Origin: Nemertoderma westbladi
Lineage: Eukaryota; Animalia; Xenacoelomorpha
Assembly (NCBI GenBank): GCA_032718475.1
Contig: JAUCBJ010007239.1
Coordinates: 1-62,326 of the forward strand
Direction of reading: 5' to 3'
Length of the DNA stretch: 62,326 nucleotides
The notes beneath the pieces were generated by a model. The model was not told the DNA's origin and did not search any database. It was given only the letters and a program-made list of their open reading frames with translations. Both the position numbers and the translations under genes were made by a program. This document shows, in pieces, positions 51,642-62,326 of the stretch (its first letter is position 1; the number at the start of each line of letters is the position of its first letter).

Positions 51642-51714
51642 GTTAGTTGGTCCCAACAGTTTGTCTCCAATGGGTCAGTTAGTCTCAACAGTTTGTCCCC
51701 AACGGGTAGTTAGT
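51620..51714 (+). repeat. 32-bp triplication of an exon end plus donor
   Basis: cccaacagtttgtccccaacgg|gttagttggt in three diverging copies. Confidence 0.85.
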
Positions 51715-51724
51715 AGGAACAGCG

Positions 51725-54283
51725 ACCATGTTAAGAATTCCACCAGGTTTTCACTTTTCGGTCGAAATTTTATTGAAATTTCGTCTATGACAAATTTGTT
51801 TTTTTTTCTCCTTATCATCATGTGTTTTATAGCGCTTATTTCTATCTTATAACCTGTACATATACGATTTCGTTTATTGTTTTGGTTAGATTCAGCCGTC
51901 TGTAAACTGGGTTTTTAGATTCAGCCGTCTGTAAACTGGGTTTTTAGATTCAGCCGTCTGTAAACTGGGTTTTTAGATTCAGCCGTCTGTAAACTGGGTT
52001 TTTAGATTCAGCCGTCTGTAAACTGGGTTTTTAGATTCAGCCGTCTATAAACTGGGTTTTTAGATTCAGCCGTCTGTAAACTGTGTTTTTAGATTCAGCT
52101 GTCTGTAAACTGGGTTTTTAGATACAGACGTCTGTAAACTGGGTTTTTAGATTCAGCCGTCTGTAAAATGGGTTTTTAGATTCAGCCGTCTGTAAACTGG
52201 ATTTTTAGATTCAGCCGTCTGTAAACTGGGTTTTTAGATTCAGCCGTCTGTAAACTGGGTTTTTAGATTCAGCCGTCTGTAAACTGGGTTTTTAGATTCA
52301 GCCGTCTGTAAACTGGGTTTTTAGATTCAGCCGTCTGTAAACTGGGTTTTTAGATTCAGCCGTCTGTAAACTGGGTTTTTAGATTCAGCCGTCTGTAAAC
52401 TGGGTTTTTAGATTCAGCCGTCTCTAAACTGGGTTTTTAGATTCATCCGTCTGTAAACTGGGTTTTTAGATGCGGCCGTCTGTAAACTGGGTTTTTAGAT
52501 TCAGCCGTCTGTAAACTGGGTTTTTAGATTCAGCCGTCTGTAAACTGGGTTTTTAGATTCAGCCGTCTGTAAACTGGGTTTTTAGATTCAGCCGTCTGTA
52601 AACTGGGTTTTTAGATTCAGCCGTCTGTAAACTGGGTTTTTAGATTCAGCCGTCTGTAAACTGGGTTTTTAGATTCAGCCGTCTGTAAACTGGGTTTTTA
52701 GATTCAGCCGTCTGTAAACTGGATTTTTAGATTCAGCCGTCTGTAAACTGGGTTTTTAGATTCAGCCGTCTGTAAACTGGGTTTTTAGATTCAGCCGTCT
52801 GTAAACTGTGTTTTTAGATTCAGCCGTCTGTAAACTGGGTTTTTAGATTCAGCCGTCTGTAAACTGGGTTTTTAGATTCAGCCGTCTGTAAACTGGGTTT
52901 TTAGATTCAGCCGTCTGTTAACTGGGTTTTTAGATTCAGCCGTCTGTAAACTGGGTTTTTAGATTCAGCCGTCTGTAAACTGGGTTTTTAGATTCAGCCG
53001 TCTGTAAACTGGGTTTTTAGATTCAGCCGTCTGTAAACTGGGTTTTTAGATTCAGCCGTCTGTAAACTGGGTTTTTAGATTCAGCCGTCTGTAAACTGGG
53101 TTTTTAGATTCAGCCGTCTATAAACTGGGTTTTTAGATTCAGCCGTCTGTAAACTGTGTTTTTAGATTCAGCTGTCTGTAAACTGGGTTTTTAGATACAG
53201 ACGTCTGTAAACTGGGTTTTTAGATTCAGCCGTCTGTAAAATGGGTTTTTAGATTCAGCCGTCTGTAAACTGGATTTTTAGATTCAGCCGTCTGTAAACT
53301 GGGTTTTTAGATTCAGCCGTCTGTAAACTGGGTTTTTAGATTCAGCCGTCTGTAAACTGGGTTTTTAGATTCAGCCGTCTGTAAACTGGGTTTTTAGATT
53401 CAGCCGTCTGTAAACTGGGTTTTTAGATTCAGCCGTCTGTAAACTGGGTTTTTAGATTCAGCCGTCTGTAAACTGGGTTTTTAGATTCAGCCGTCTCTAA
53501 ACTGGGTTTTTAGATTCATCCGTCTGTAAACTGGGTTTTTAGATGCGGCCGTCTGTAAACTGGGTTTTTAGATTCAGCCGTCTGTAAACTGGGTTTTTAG
53601 ATTCAGCCGTCTGTAAACTGGGTTTTTAGATTCAGCCGTCTGTAAACTGGGTTTTTAGATTCAGCCGTCTGTAAACTGGGTTTTTAGATTCAGCCGTCTG
53701 TAAACTGGGTTTTTAGATTCAGCCGTCTGTAAACTGGGTTTTTAGATTCAGCCGTCTGTAAACTGGGTTTTTAGATTCAGCCGTCTGTAAACTGGATTTT
53801 TAGATTCAGCCGTCTGTAAACTGGGTTTTTAGATTCAGCCGTCTGTAAACTGGGTTTTTAGATTCAGCCGTCTGTAAACTGTGTTTTTAGATTCAGCCGT
53901 CTGTAAACTGGGTTTTTAGATTCAGCCGTCTGTAAACTGGGTTTTTAGATTCAGCCGTCTGTAAACTGGGTTTTTAGATTCAGCCGTCTGTTAACTGGGT
54001 TTTTAGATTCAGCCGTCTGTAAACTGGGTTTTTAGATTCAGCCGTCTGTAAACTGGGTTTTTAGATTCAGCCGTCTGTAAACTGGGTTTTTAGATTCAGC
54101 CGTCTGTAAACTGGGTTTTTAGATTCAGCCGTCTGTAAACTGGGTTTTTAGATTCAGCCGTCTGTAAACTGGGTTTTTAGATTCAGCCGTCTGTAAACTG
54201 GGTTTTTAGAGAATACTTGGTATTGGGGTCAACTACAAAGTGAAATATAACAGCAGAAATGATATTTCACATGACATGTGGGC
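51725..54283. mobile_element. MITE (same family as 58674-59108) inflated by an internal 29-bp array
   Basis: The left and right flanks of the array align colinearly with the copy at 58.7 kb. Confidence 0.75.
51886..54209. repeat. 29-bp minisatellite, about 80 copies, with a 37-unit higher-order duplication
   Basis: Unit ttagattcagccgtctgtaaactgggttt; variant units recur at an offset of 1073 bp. Confidence 0.97.
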
Positions 54284-54383
54284 CTCGAACAGTCTGTTCG
54301 ACAGTCTGGGCGTCCCTATTCTAAATAGTCTACCGGTACCGGTTCATTTATAAAACTGAAATTGAAACTATTTCTACTTCCAG

Positions 54384-54608
54384 CGCTCCCTATTACTATT
54401 ACTGACCATGAGGGTACTGCTACAGCCTCGGTACCGGTACCCGAGCCAGTTCAACCCTCAGACACAGAATCCGCCCCGTCCCTCCCAGAATCAGCTCCCG
54501 CACTGCCAGAATCAGCTCCCACACTGCCAGAATCAGCAGAGCAGTCGAATTTATTGCCTCTGATTGCCGGTTCCGTTTCGGAATACAGTAATCTGTCGAG
54601 CCTACCAG
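54384..54608 (+). CDS. Exon of the same gene (Pro/Ser/Glu-rich, with ESAPxLP repeats)
   Basis: ttccag|CG CTC CCT (phase 1) gives ALPITITDHEG. It ends at CAG|GCAAGT, a possible GC donor; otherwise it reads on to the stop at 54652. Confidence 0.65.
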
Positions 54609-54870
54609 GCAAGTGGCATCGCCTAGAAACTAACCACTCACTCACTAACTAGGATTGTTTTCCGCTTGATTATAATTTGTATTAAAAATATTACATATAT
54701 TTTATTGTTAAAATTTACATTATTTATCGCTCAGTCAATGGGCTAGCGGTAAATAAGATTTAATTATTTACCTAGGTAAATGGGGATTATTGCTCTTCAA
54801 TCAGTCAACTTTGTACTGTTATTATAGGAAGACTGTTATTATAGGAATGTGTCTAGGGGTACGAGAAACA

Positions 54871-55537
54871 CTGAGAAATAGGCGTTCAAAGATTGCAAGA
54901 ATTATTGTTCGCTGCAAGCCATTTATTCTATTTAATAAATACGCAAAATTCTAGAACGTGTTATTCATTTTATGAGTTGGTAGGCAACAACGGTATCCCT
55001 ATACAAAATCTCTATAGTGTAGCTAATCATACATAAACAAATTGTTCCAGAACATCGTGCATTTATTAAATAGAATAAATGGCTTATAGCGAACGATAAT
55101 TCTTTCAATCTTTGAACGCCTATATCTCAGCTTATTATTATATAGGAAGGGATCTAGGGGTCTTAACCTCGAATCATAAATATTATTTTACCGAAAATAA
55201 CTTATCTTTCTTACTGGGTCTCATCAGCGTGGTGTCGAATTCGAACCGGGGACCTCGAGGTGGAAGCCGAGACTACAACCACTAGGCCACAGGTTCTTGA
55301 GATATGGAGTATTAATTTTAAAGCCAGCTGTCATTTTATTAGCCCCTGATTTCTATGGTTTGGAGAGATATGAGATTCAAGGAAAATTACGCGATTCCTA
55401 AATTTGTACACTACCCGGTTAAAAAGTACGCATGTGATGGGATTAGTCCTACAATTGCGCCAATAAAAGATAAGTTATTTTCGGTAAAATAAACTTATCA
55501 TTCCAGGCTAAGACCCCAAGATCCCTTCCTATAATAA
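54871..55537. mobile_element. Two adjacent MITEs (about 54871-55130 and 55138-55537)
   Basis: Long inverted arms ctgagaaataggcgttcaaagattg / caatctttgaacgcctatatctcag and tataggaagggatct / agatcccttcctata. Confidence 0.65.
55226..55295 (-). mobile_element. tRNA-derived SINE head
   Basis: Minus strand has A box tggcctagtggtt and B box ggttcgaatt. Confidence 0.5.
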
Positions 55538-56439
55538 ATGTATAATAACAAATACCTCGAAAAATACAGCTTGCCAACACATTTTTACTATATCTCAGCT
55601 GTTTCTCAACGAAATTCAGACATTGTTACATATTTGGAATCCTTTCAACGCAAGCTTTCTATTGATGTGAAAAAATTACGACTAAAGTGAAGAATGGCAA
55701 TGATACAGAGGGTGCGATCTCGCAAAAGACACTTTTTTAAAACGCTTATAAATAAAATGTTAAGGCGAAATCGAAAATTCCGGCTTCGTGGTAACAGCCA
55801 CGGTGAGTTGAACTAGTTGTGTTTCAAATTTCAAGCAATATGATAAAGATTTGTAGAAAAACCTGGGCGGTCCGTGTCATCCGAAAATGACATTGTCTTA
55901 TATTACGGGTCTTGGTGTAATTTCTTTGGATAATTTACTAACTATTTGTTCTAAACATTCATTGTTTTCTTTTCGATAACAACTAATTAATTTCATTTCG
56001 ATACCAAAGCAACTTTAATTAATAATATTTAAACTAATAAATTCTTTAATTTATTTAATTATTTAAAAAGTCATAATTGAATTGAAGTGATATTTAGTGT
56101 GAAAAATACAAAATTCGTTTAATTCTCAATATTTATTTAATTATATATGTCGAATTTTTTAAACTTCACGTGTAATAATATTTTACTCACAGTGCCTTAT
56201 TACTCAAAATCATTGGTCGCAAAGAAAACCTCTTCGATATATTAAAAATATGCTTAAATCTATATTTAAATACTGAATTAAATACTAAATTTTATAATTG
56301 ACATTCCAATTTGCATGGTTAAAAAGAGCCAGTAAGGTCAATATTCCGTTCCATATGTGATATAAAGTTCATTTACTGTACATTATATATTTTTTTACAG
56401 TCGGGGTGTGGGGGGCTGGGGGGGTCATTCCAATACCAG

Positions 56440-56835
56440 GGGGGTATTGCATAAAAAATATGGACTTGTAATATGTACTAATCAAGCAAACAGTCGGCCG
56501 AAGCCGGAGGCGACCCGAAGGCTCCTCTTTTGATAGCTGCTACCCGAGGGTAGGGGTGGGCGCTACTCCTATCCCAAGATTTGCTCCCAGTTATTTAACT
56601 GGTACTCATTTTATCGACCCCAGTGGATGAAAGGCTGAGTGGACCCTGGCGGGGCTGAACCTACAACCAGTAGATTGCAGGCCCGGCGCTCAACCAACTG
56701 AGCTACCCCGCCTTTCTATACTATATGATATATACTATATATGTATACTATATGGACTAATAATATTAGTTAAATATACTAGACCATTCAGACTAATATT
56801 ACAATACAAGCCCATATTTTTTATGCAACACCCCC
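56440..56835. mobile_element. Harbinger-type MITE hosting a SINE
   Basis: GGGGGTaTTGCATAAAAAATATGG TIRs with a 3-bp TSD cag. Confidence 0.7.
56495..56712 (-). mobile_element. tRNA-derived SINE with a Meta-like central domain
   Basis: ggcggggtagctcagttggttgagcg..ggttcagccc head followed by gggtccactcagcctttcatcc..ggtcgataaaatgagtaccag. Confidence 0.75.
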
Positions 56836-58605
56836 CAGATCTGGTTACGTGCCTTGTAATATATTGAGCTATTTCTGGTACCGTGTGGGTTCAGTTCTTC
56901 TTCCATTAACCATGTTGGATCTAGTTTGTTAAATCAATTAATTGTTGGCCTGTCTGTCTGTACGATTAGTTATACATTTGGTATTCTAAAACTTAATTTA
57001 TTGTTGACACAATAATTGTTTTAGCAAAAAACTGTACAATACGCACTAAAATTCACACTGAATTACGACACAACATATTCCATGACATGGATGTACAATA
57101 TTTCATCCCTCTCCAGGGGAAATTCGATGCGAATATCAGTGATTAGTCCCAGAAATATAACTGTAACCGGTTCAATTGAGTTTCGTTTATTGGTTTGGTT
57201 CGGAACGCTACACCGCGCGGTGTACCGCTGAGTGTGAACGACCCTGCGGTATACGAGAGGTGTCTGTGCGGTAAATGATTCGATTACCGCTGACTGTATG
57301 TGAACGACCCAACAGGTAGTTGTGCGGTACACCGCGCGGTGTAACGCAGACCATTGAAATAATCATAATAATGATGTCTAAGCTGTTGGTAAACAGATCG
57401 ACATCAGTTACCGCAACTCTATCGTTGAGTGTGAACGGGTGGTGTACCGCAGGCACACCGCTTCAATACCGCAAGACTAATCCATTGGATCCAAACAACT
57501 AATGGGTAGTTTAATTAATTAATTTGTGTTTTTAACATTCCACCAATTGTTATGGGTTTCTTTCTTTCCTTTTTTTTTCTTTCTATTTTACATATTGTTT
57601 ATTTTTCTGTGTAGTTTCGGATTCCAGAACTTCGAATCGTTTAGTTTTGCTCCCAGGCGAGTATTAAATAAAAACAAACCACCCCCATAGTTAGAGAAAT
57701 AGAGGGTGTTCATAAAATTGTGATACTTTTTTTTCCATATATGATTATAACTATATGTCCTGTAACATCGAAAATTATAGTTATTGGTATCAACTGAAAG
57801 TTAAAGTACAAACTTAAACATCTGGCATGCGGTTTATAATAATTCTATTATAGATAGTTCCCATAGAAACACTAAATCACTTTGAAATCTGGTATGATTT
57901 GGGATCATTTAACCGAATAACACACAAATAAAAATTGTTAGCCTGTTGTTTCCTTACCTTATAAAATAATTTAGAAAATAACTATTCCAAAATTTGATGT
58001 TTGTCATTATCTGCTGAAGCCTCATTCCCAATATATTTTTATTTTTATGATAAAATGAAGCGAATTTGTACTAACTAAGTGAAATTATGGGCTCCAGTAT
58101 TAATTTTTTTCATGTATAACTCTCGAGTAAGATTTAATTATTGTATTACATACTGTAATTCATATTACTTGGCCCCACTACAATACTGTATTGTATTTCC
58201 AGTGAAATTAAGTAGATAAATACAGTATTAAACTGTAAGACTGTATTATATTATCGACTTTATAACTGAGGATTATTTTTAGGGATTTGGCGTCAATTTA
58301 CCATTTATATCCTGTAACAATACAGTTAGTACGGTAACCAAGGTAACTAAACAACAAAACAACATTCCGAGAGACATTCCAGTCATATAATATGGTTTAT
58401 TTATGGTAATACAATACTGTACATGTTATATATCATAACTACGTGTGAACTCTTGGTATTATTTAGTTATTATAATACAGGCAATATTCAACTGAATTTA
58501 TTATCACTTTTCAAAACTTATTAATAAAGAATTTAAAATATCAACCAAAACCAACGTTATTTTATTTCAAAATAAAGATATTTTTAAGACAACTACTGTA
58601 GTTCC

Positions 58606-59205
58606 TACGGAGCCCCTAAAGGGACATTTTGAAAAAAAAATGTATCTAGTGCGCACTAGATATTATATTAAGCGCCCATGTGAAGAATAGCAGGATTTCA
58701 CTTTTCGGTCGACTTTTTATTGGAATTTTATATATGAAGATTTTTAATTTTTTAATTTATCTTTATTAAGTGTTTTATAGCGCTTATTTCTGTCTTATAA
58801 CCTGTACATATACTAATTCGTTTATTGTTTTGGTTAGATTCAGCCCTTCCGTAACCTATGTTTTTGGTAAAAACCTGGTATTCTTCACATGGGGGTAACT
58901 GCAAAGTGAAATATAACGGCAGAAAGTCTGGTATTCTTCACATGGGGGGTAACTGCAAAGTGAAATATAACGGCAGAAAGTCTGGTATTCTTCACATGGG
59001 GGTAACTGCAAAGTGAAATATAACGGCAGAAAGTCTGGTATTCTTCACATGGGGGGTAACTGCAAAGTGAAATATAACGGCAGAAAGTCTGGTATACTTC
59101 ACATTGGCCTTATTAAGTGCGCTCTAGGTAAATATTAAGAGCGCTCTTGATAATTACCTAGAGCGCTATCTATTTTTTTTCCAAATGTCCCTTAAGGACT
59201 CCGTA
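58606..59205. mobile_element. IS3EU-like non-autonomous element
   Basis: TACGGAG(c/t)CC.TAA.GGGACATTT TIRs and a 6-bp TSD agttcc at 58600-58605 and 59206-59211. Confidence 0.75.
58674..59108. mobile_element. Nested MITE with four 53-54-bp terminal repeats
   Basis: ccatgtgaagaata / tattcttcacatgg TIR; unit ctggtattcttcacatgggggtaactgcaaagtgaaatataacggcagaaagt x4. Confidence 0.75.
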
Positions 59206-59258
59206 AGTTCCAGGTCCAGCTATAACTTTGCGGCTTTTTCACCTATACGCTATACAAC

Positions 59259-60287
59259 ATGGCCCATCAAGGTGTTTATAGTGACACAGAACTTCCAATG
59301 GATGAAATACCGTCCCCGGAAGGAGACTATGACGTCATAGCGGACAATGTAATCCCTTCAATTCCGTCACGTGATATTAAAGATAGCAATAAAGCAGATA
59401 ATGCGAGTCGAGTTGTTTCAGTTAGAAGATGGTGGGTTGGAGTTGTGGGCGGAATTCTTATTGTGTTGTTACTGGGGGGCGGCATTATAGGAACATTGTT
59501 TGTTATGATGTCAACCGACAAAGAAGAATTAAAAAACCAGATTAAAATTCAAATTAATAATGTTTTGCAACGTATTGGGAAATTCGATGAAAGTATTGGT
59601 GATCTTACGGTAAAGAATACTCATTTGGAAGTATTGTTGCAACTTCACCCTGAGTTTGTCTGTTTAATTTCTCAAGTACATACCACCTCATTCGTTAGTT
59701 ATATTTATGGATTGAACGGTGTCATCAGATGCGACAACACCGACCCTGGTGGGCCTTCGGTAGTGATACAGAGGCGGATAGATGGGTCACAAAATTTCCA
59801 ACTAAATTGGCAACAATATGTTTCAGGATTCGGTGATGTAAAGAGGGAGTTTTTTCTGGGTTTAGATAATATATTCAAAATTACCTCCAAAAGCGACGTT
59901 ATATTGAGGGTTGATCTGTGGTACCAAGACCAATACAAGTTCGCTGAGTACCAAAACTTCAGAATTGGTGGTTATGATGATAACTACAAGCTGCATATAT
60001 CTCAGTACAGCGGCACTGCAGGCGACTCTATTCTATACGGGGATCCCGAGGGCAACGACTTTCTCAACGGGTCGTCTTTCTCTACAGCGGATCGCGATAA
60101 CGACGATTGGTCCGAGAACTGCGCGGTCAGTCGTACAGGTGGTTGGTGGTATCGGGAATGCTCGAACTCCAATATAAACGGGGTCTACGGAGTTGAAGGT
60201 GTAGGGGGACCTTATTGGTTAACATTTACTGACCCTGAGCGATTAGTACCGATGGACAAAGTTGAGTTGAAGATTAGGTTTAATTGA
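59259..60287 (+). CDS. Intronless type II membrane fibrinogen-related domain protein (FIBCD1/ficolin-like)
   Basis: Cytoplasmic N-terminus, TM WWVGVVGGILIVLLLGGGIIGTLFVMM, coiled coil, then FReD motifs VIQRRIDGSQNF, GFGD, EFFLGL, YSGTAGDS, FSTADRDND, GGWWY and SNING. Confidence 0.92.
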   Translation: MAHQGVYSDTELPMDEIPSPEGDYDVIADNVIPSIPSRDIKDSNKADNASRVVSVRRWWVGVVGGILIVLLLGGGIIGTLFVMMSTDKEELKNQIKIQINNVLQRIGKFDESIGDLTVKNTHLEVLLQLHPEFVCLISQVHTTSFVSYIYGLNGVIRCDNTDPGGPSVVIQRRIDGSQNFQLNWQQYVSGFGDVKREFFLGLDNIFKITSKSDVILRVDLWYQDQYKFAEYQNFRIGGYDDNYKLHISQYSGTAGDSILYGDPEGNDFLNGSSFSTADRDNDDWSENCAVSRTGGWWYRECSNSNINGVYGVEGVGGPYWLTFTDPERLVPMDKVELKIRFN

Positions 60288-60317
60288 TCTATTTTAGTAA
60301 ACAAGGCCTAACTACTG

Positions 60318-60836
60318 TGGGGCGAGCCACGAAGTTGGCGGAGCCTTAGCGAATTGACACTGTTAGGGGGTGGGTCAATTTATGCAAATAGTTGTCGTCG
60401 TCGTCGTCGTCGTCGTTGTCGTCGTCGTCGTTGTCGTCGTCGTCGTTGTCGTCGTCGTTACGATTTTGACATGCTAATAACTTTGTCGGATTTAAAGCTG
60501 CCAAGTTGAAAATTTGTAGGTATCAATATGAGCAAAAGTTGAGATTTTTGAGAGACTTTCAGACACCATCAGTGCAATGGTCTCCCGCTAGAGGGCCACA
60601 TGTCTAAACATTAAATGCCCTCCCATTTCTTTGCTTTTAATCCGTTTAAGCTGAAACTTGGCAGATATGTATTAGACCATTAGCTGTGACTTTCAAAGGA
60701 GGCGAATCCATCTGCAGTTCTCCAGTCTGCCGCTAGAGGGCCAACGTGACTATTTGCATAAATTGACCTACCCCCTAACAGTGTCAATTCGCTAAGGCTC
60801 TGCCAACTTCGTGCTGCGCGAAGTCCCCACTTCGTG
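60318..60836. mobile_element. Short inverted copy of the 31.9-33.8 kb Helentron-type family
   Basis: (gtc)n microsatellite, about one 315-bp unit in reverse complement, and 65-bp subterminal inverted repeats. Confidence 0.8.
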
Positions 60837-62326
60837 TATATAATAGTATATAATATGTCAGATATTTGTCGACTTTTTAATGAGTCTGGCATGGGAGTTT
60901 AATATATAGTATATTTTATGGGCTGTTAAATCCGCTATAATGACGCCGCCAGCAGCTCCATCGAGATTTCTCCGAGATTCGCTATGCATATCCACTGATA
61001 ACATTAATATAATAATATAACATAATATATATAATAACAAATAATAATATACATATAAATAACCAATATTATTATTATTATTATTAACATTACAGTATCG
61101 TTAAAAAAACATTTATATATAAAAATATTTTAAATAAAAATAGATTCACACACAGACTCATATTGTTTTAGGTTGTGGGGTGGTCATATATGTAATTTGA
61201 ACGTTCTACCAGTTAAATTGTCATTTTTATGTTATTTAGTTAATTAAAGTGGGTTTAATTAAGGGGGGAGTACTCCCCCCCCCCCCCCCTGAACACTTAT
61301 TTTAAATGTCTACAATTTCTACTGAAATTTTAACCAAAAATTTTAACAAATTTTTGGCTTTAATCTGACAAGTTGGCTGTAAAAACAGAAATTTAAAAAG
61401 TGGCGGAGTAGTATTTTGAAAAATGAAAAATGTCATTCCGAGATAATTGCTTTCACAGTTTAAACCTTCCCGCCAAAAGTGGCTGTCTGTGGTCTGGTTG
61501 GTAAATCATTTCTGGCACGAAGGAAGCACATCACCGAGGTAAAACTTTCATTATGGGGGTTATCGGGGTCGCTGATTTCATTTCGTGTCATTATCGCTTT
61601 TTCGATGCCAGTTTTAAATTTTGGTGCAATTTAGTCAGTCTGTCGGTTGTCTGTCTGTCTTACAATTTGACTGACAGACCGTCATAAAGAAAAATAGCGA
61701 TAACTCGAGAACTAAGAGAGGTTTTGCTAAGCGGATTTCAGATTTGAAATCCTCATTAAATTATTTACTTTTAAAATAGTTTACGTTTATTTTAATTAAA
61801 ATTACAAGAATTGAATTTTGAAAAATAATATTTAAGGGGGGGGGGGGGGGGTACACCATTTTGGTCCAAAATATGTCGAAATTTTTTTTATGATCTCTTA
61901 TAATGCACGACTAAATGCTGTTTCCAAATCTGAAAACTGCTATTTAATAGCTCTTTTAGTTTTCAAGTTATAACAATTTCCATTTAGGGAGACCTATTGA
62001 AATTACTATATGGACTACATAGCCAACCTGCATAAAAGCGGCAGATTAAAAATTTAACACAATTTAACAAAATACAACTCAAATTTAAACCATTAAACGC
62101 GATAATGAATAATCAAGGTTAACACGATGTTGGGGAGTTATTAGTCTTTTTCATTCAATGTCCCGTTTAAATTTATATAAAATTAAAATTTAGTGATAAA
62201 TTATTGTAAAGTGATGAATATCACTACCATTAGCCACATACCACAGGTATTACTGAATATGAAAGTTATTCTCCACCAACTTGTCGGCAAAGCCTTCAAT
62301 TGATCACCCCCCACCTTGACATCTCA

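Noticed and set aside
1-62326. RNA-guided nuclease (Fanzor/TnpB/IscB), Polinton or endogenous virus
   Set aside because: No RuvC, HNH, PolB, capsid or Rep/helicase motifs were recognised in any ORF. The unidentified ORF at 21.1/26.8 kb remains unclassified.

Overview
Eukaryotic, AT-rich and repeat-dense DNA, most likely from a bilaterian invertebrate (inferred from the TE families and gene content). Three host genes are visible: (1) a 2.2-kb coding exon of clueless/CLUH on the minus strand; (2) five phase-compatible plus-strand exons of a C2CD2/C2CD2L (TMEM24)-family gene at 37.8-54.6 kb; (3) an intronless type II membrane fibrinogen-related (FReD) gene. The rest is mostly transposon-derived: an intact two-ORF non-LTR retrotransposon inserted into a decayed BEL/Pao-linked region, a 5'-truncated RTE, several LINE fragments (one carrying a 2A-like StopGo motif, DIETNPGP), a full-length piggyBac with one frameshift, many MITEs with recognisable TIRs/TSDs, tRNA-derived SINEs, and a Helentron-type element whose 315-bp repeat carries bipartite CTCF-like sites. 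The most striking observation is that three tandem arrays are built from the exon/intron junctions of the C2CD2-like gene. A 36-bp unit (about 80 copies) is an exon 3' end plus its GTAAGT donor, a 45-bp unit (8 extra copies) is a 3' splice site, and a 32-bp unit (3 copies) is another donor. All calls were made by eye with no database searches.
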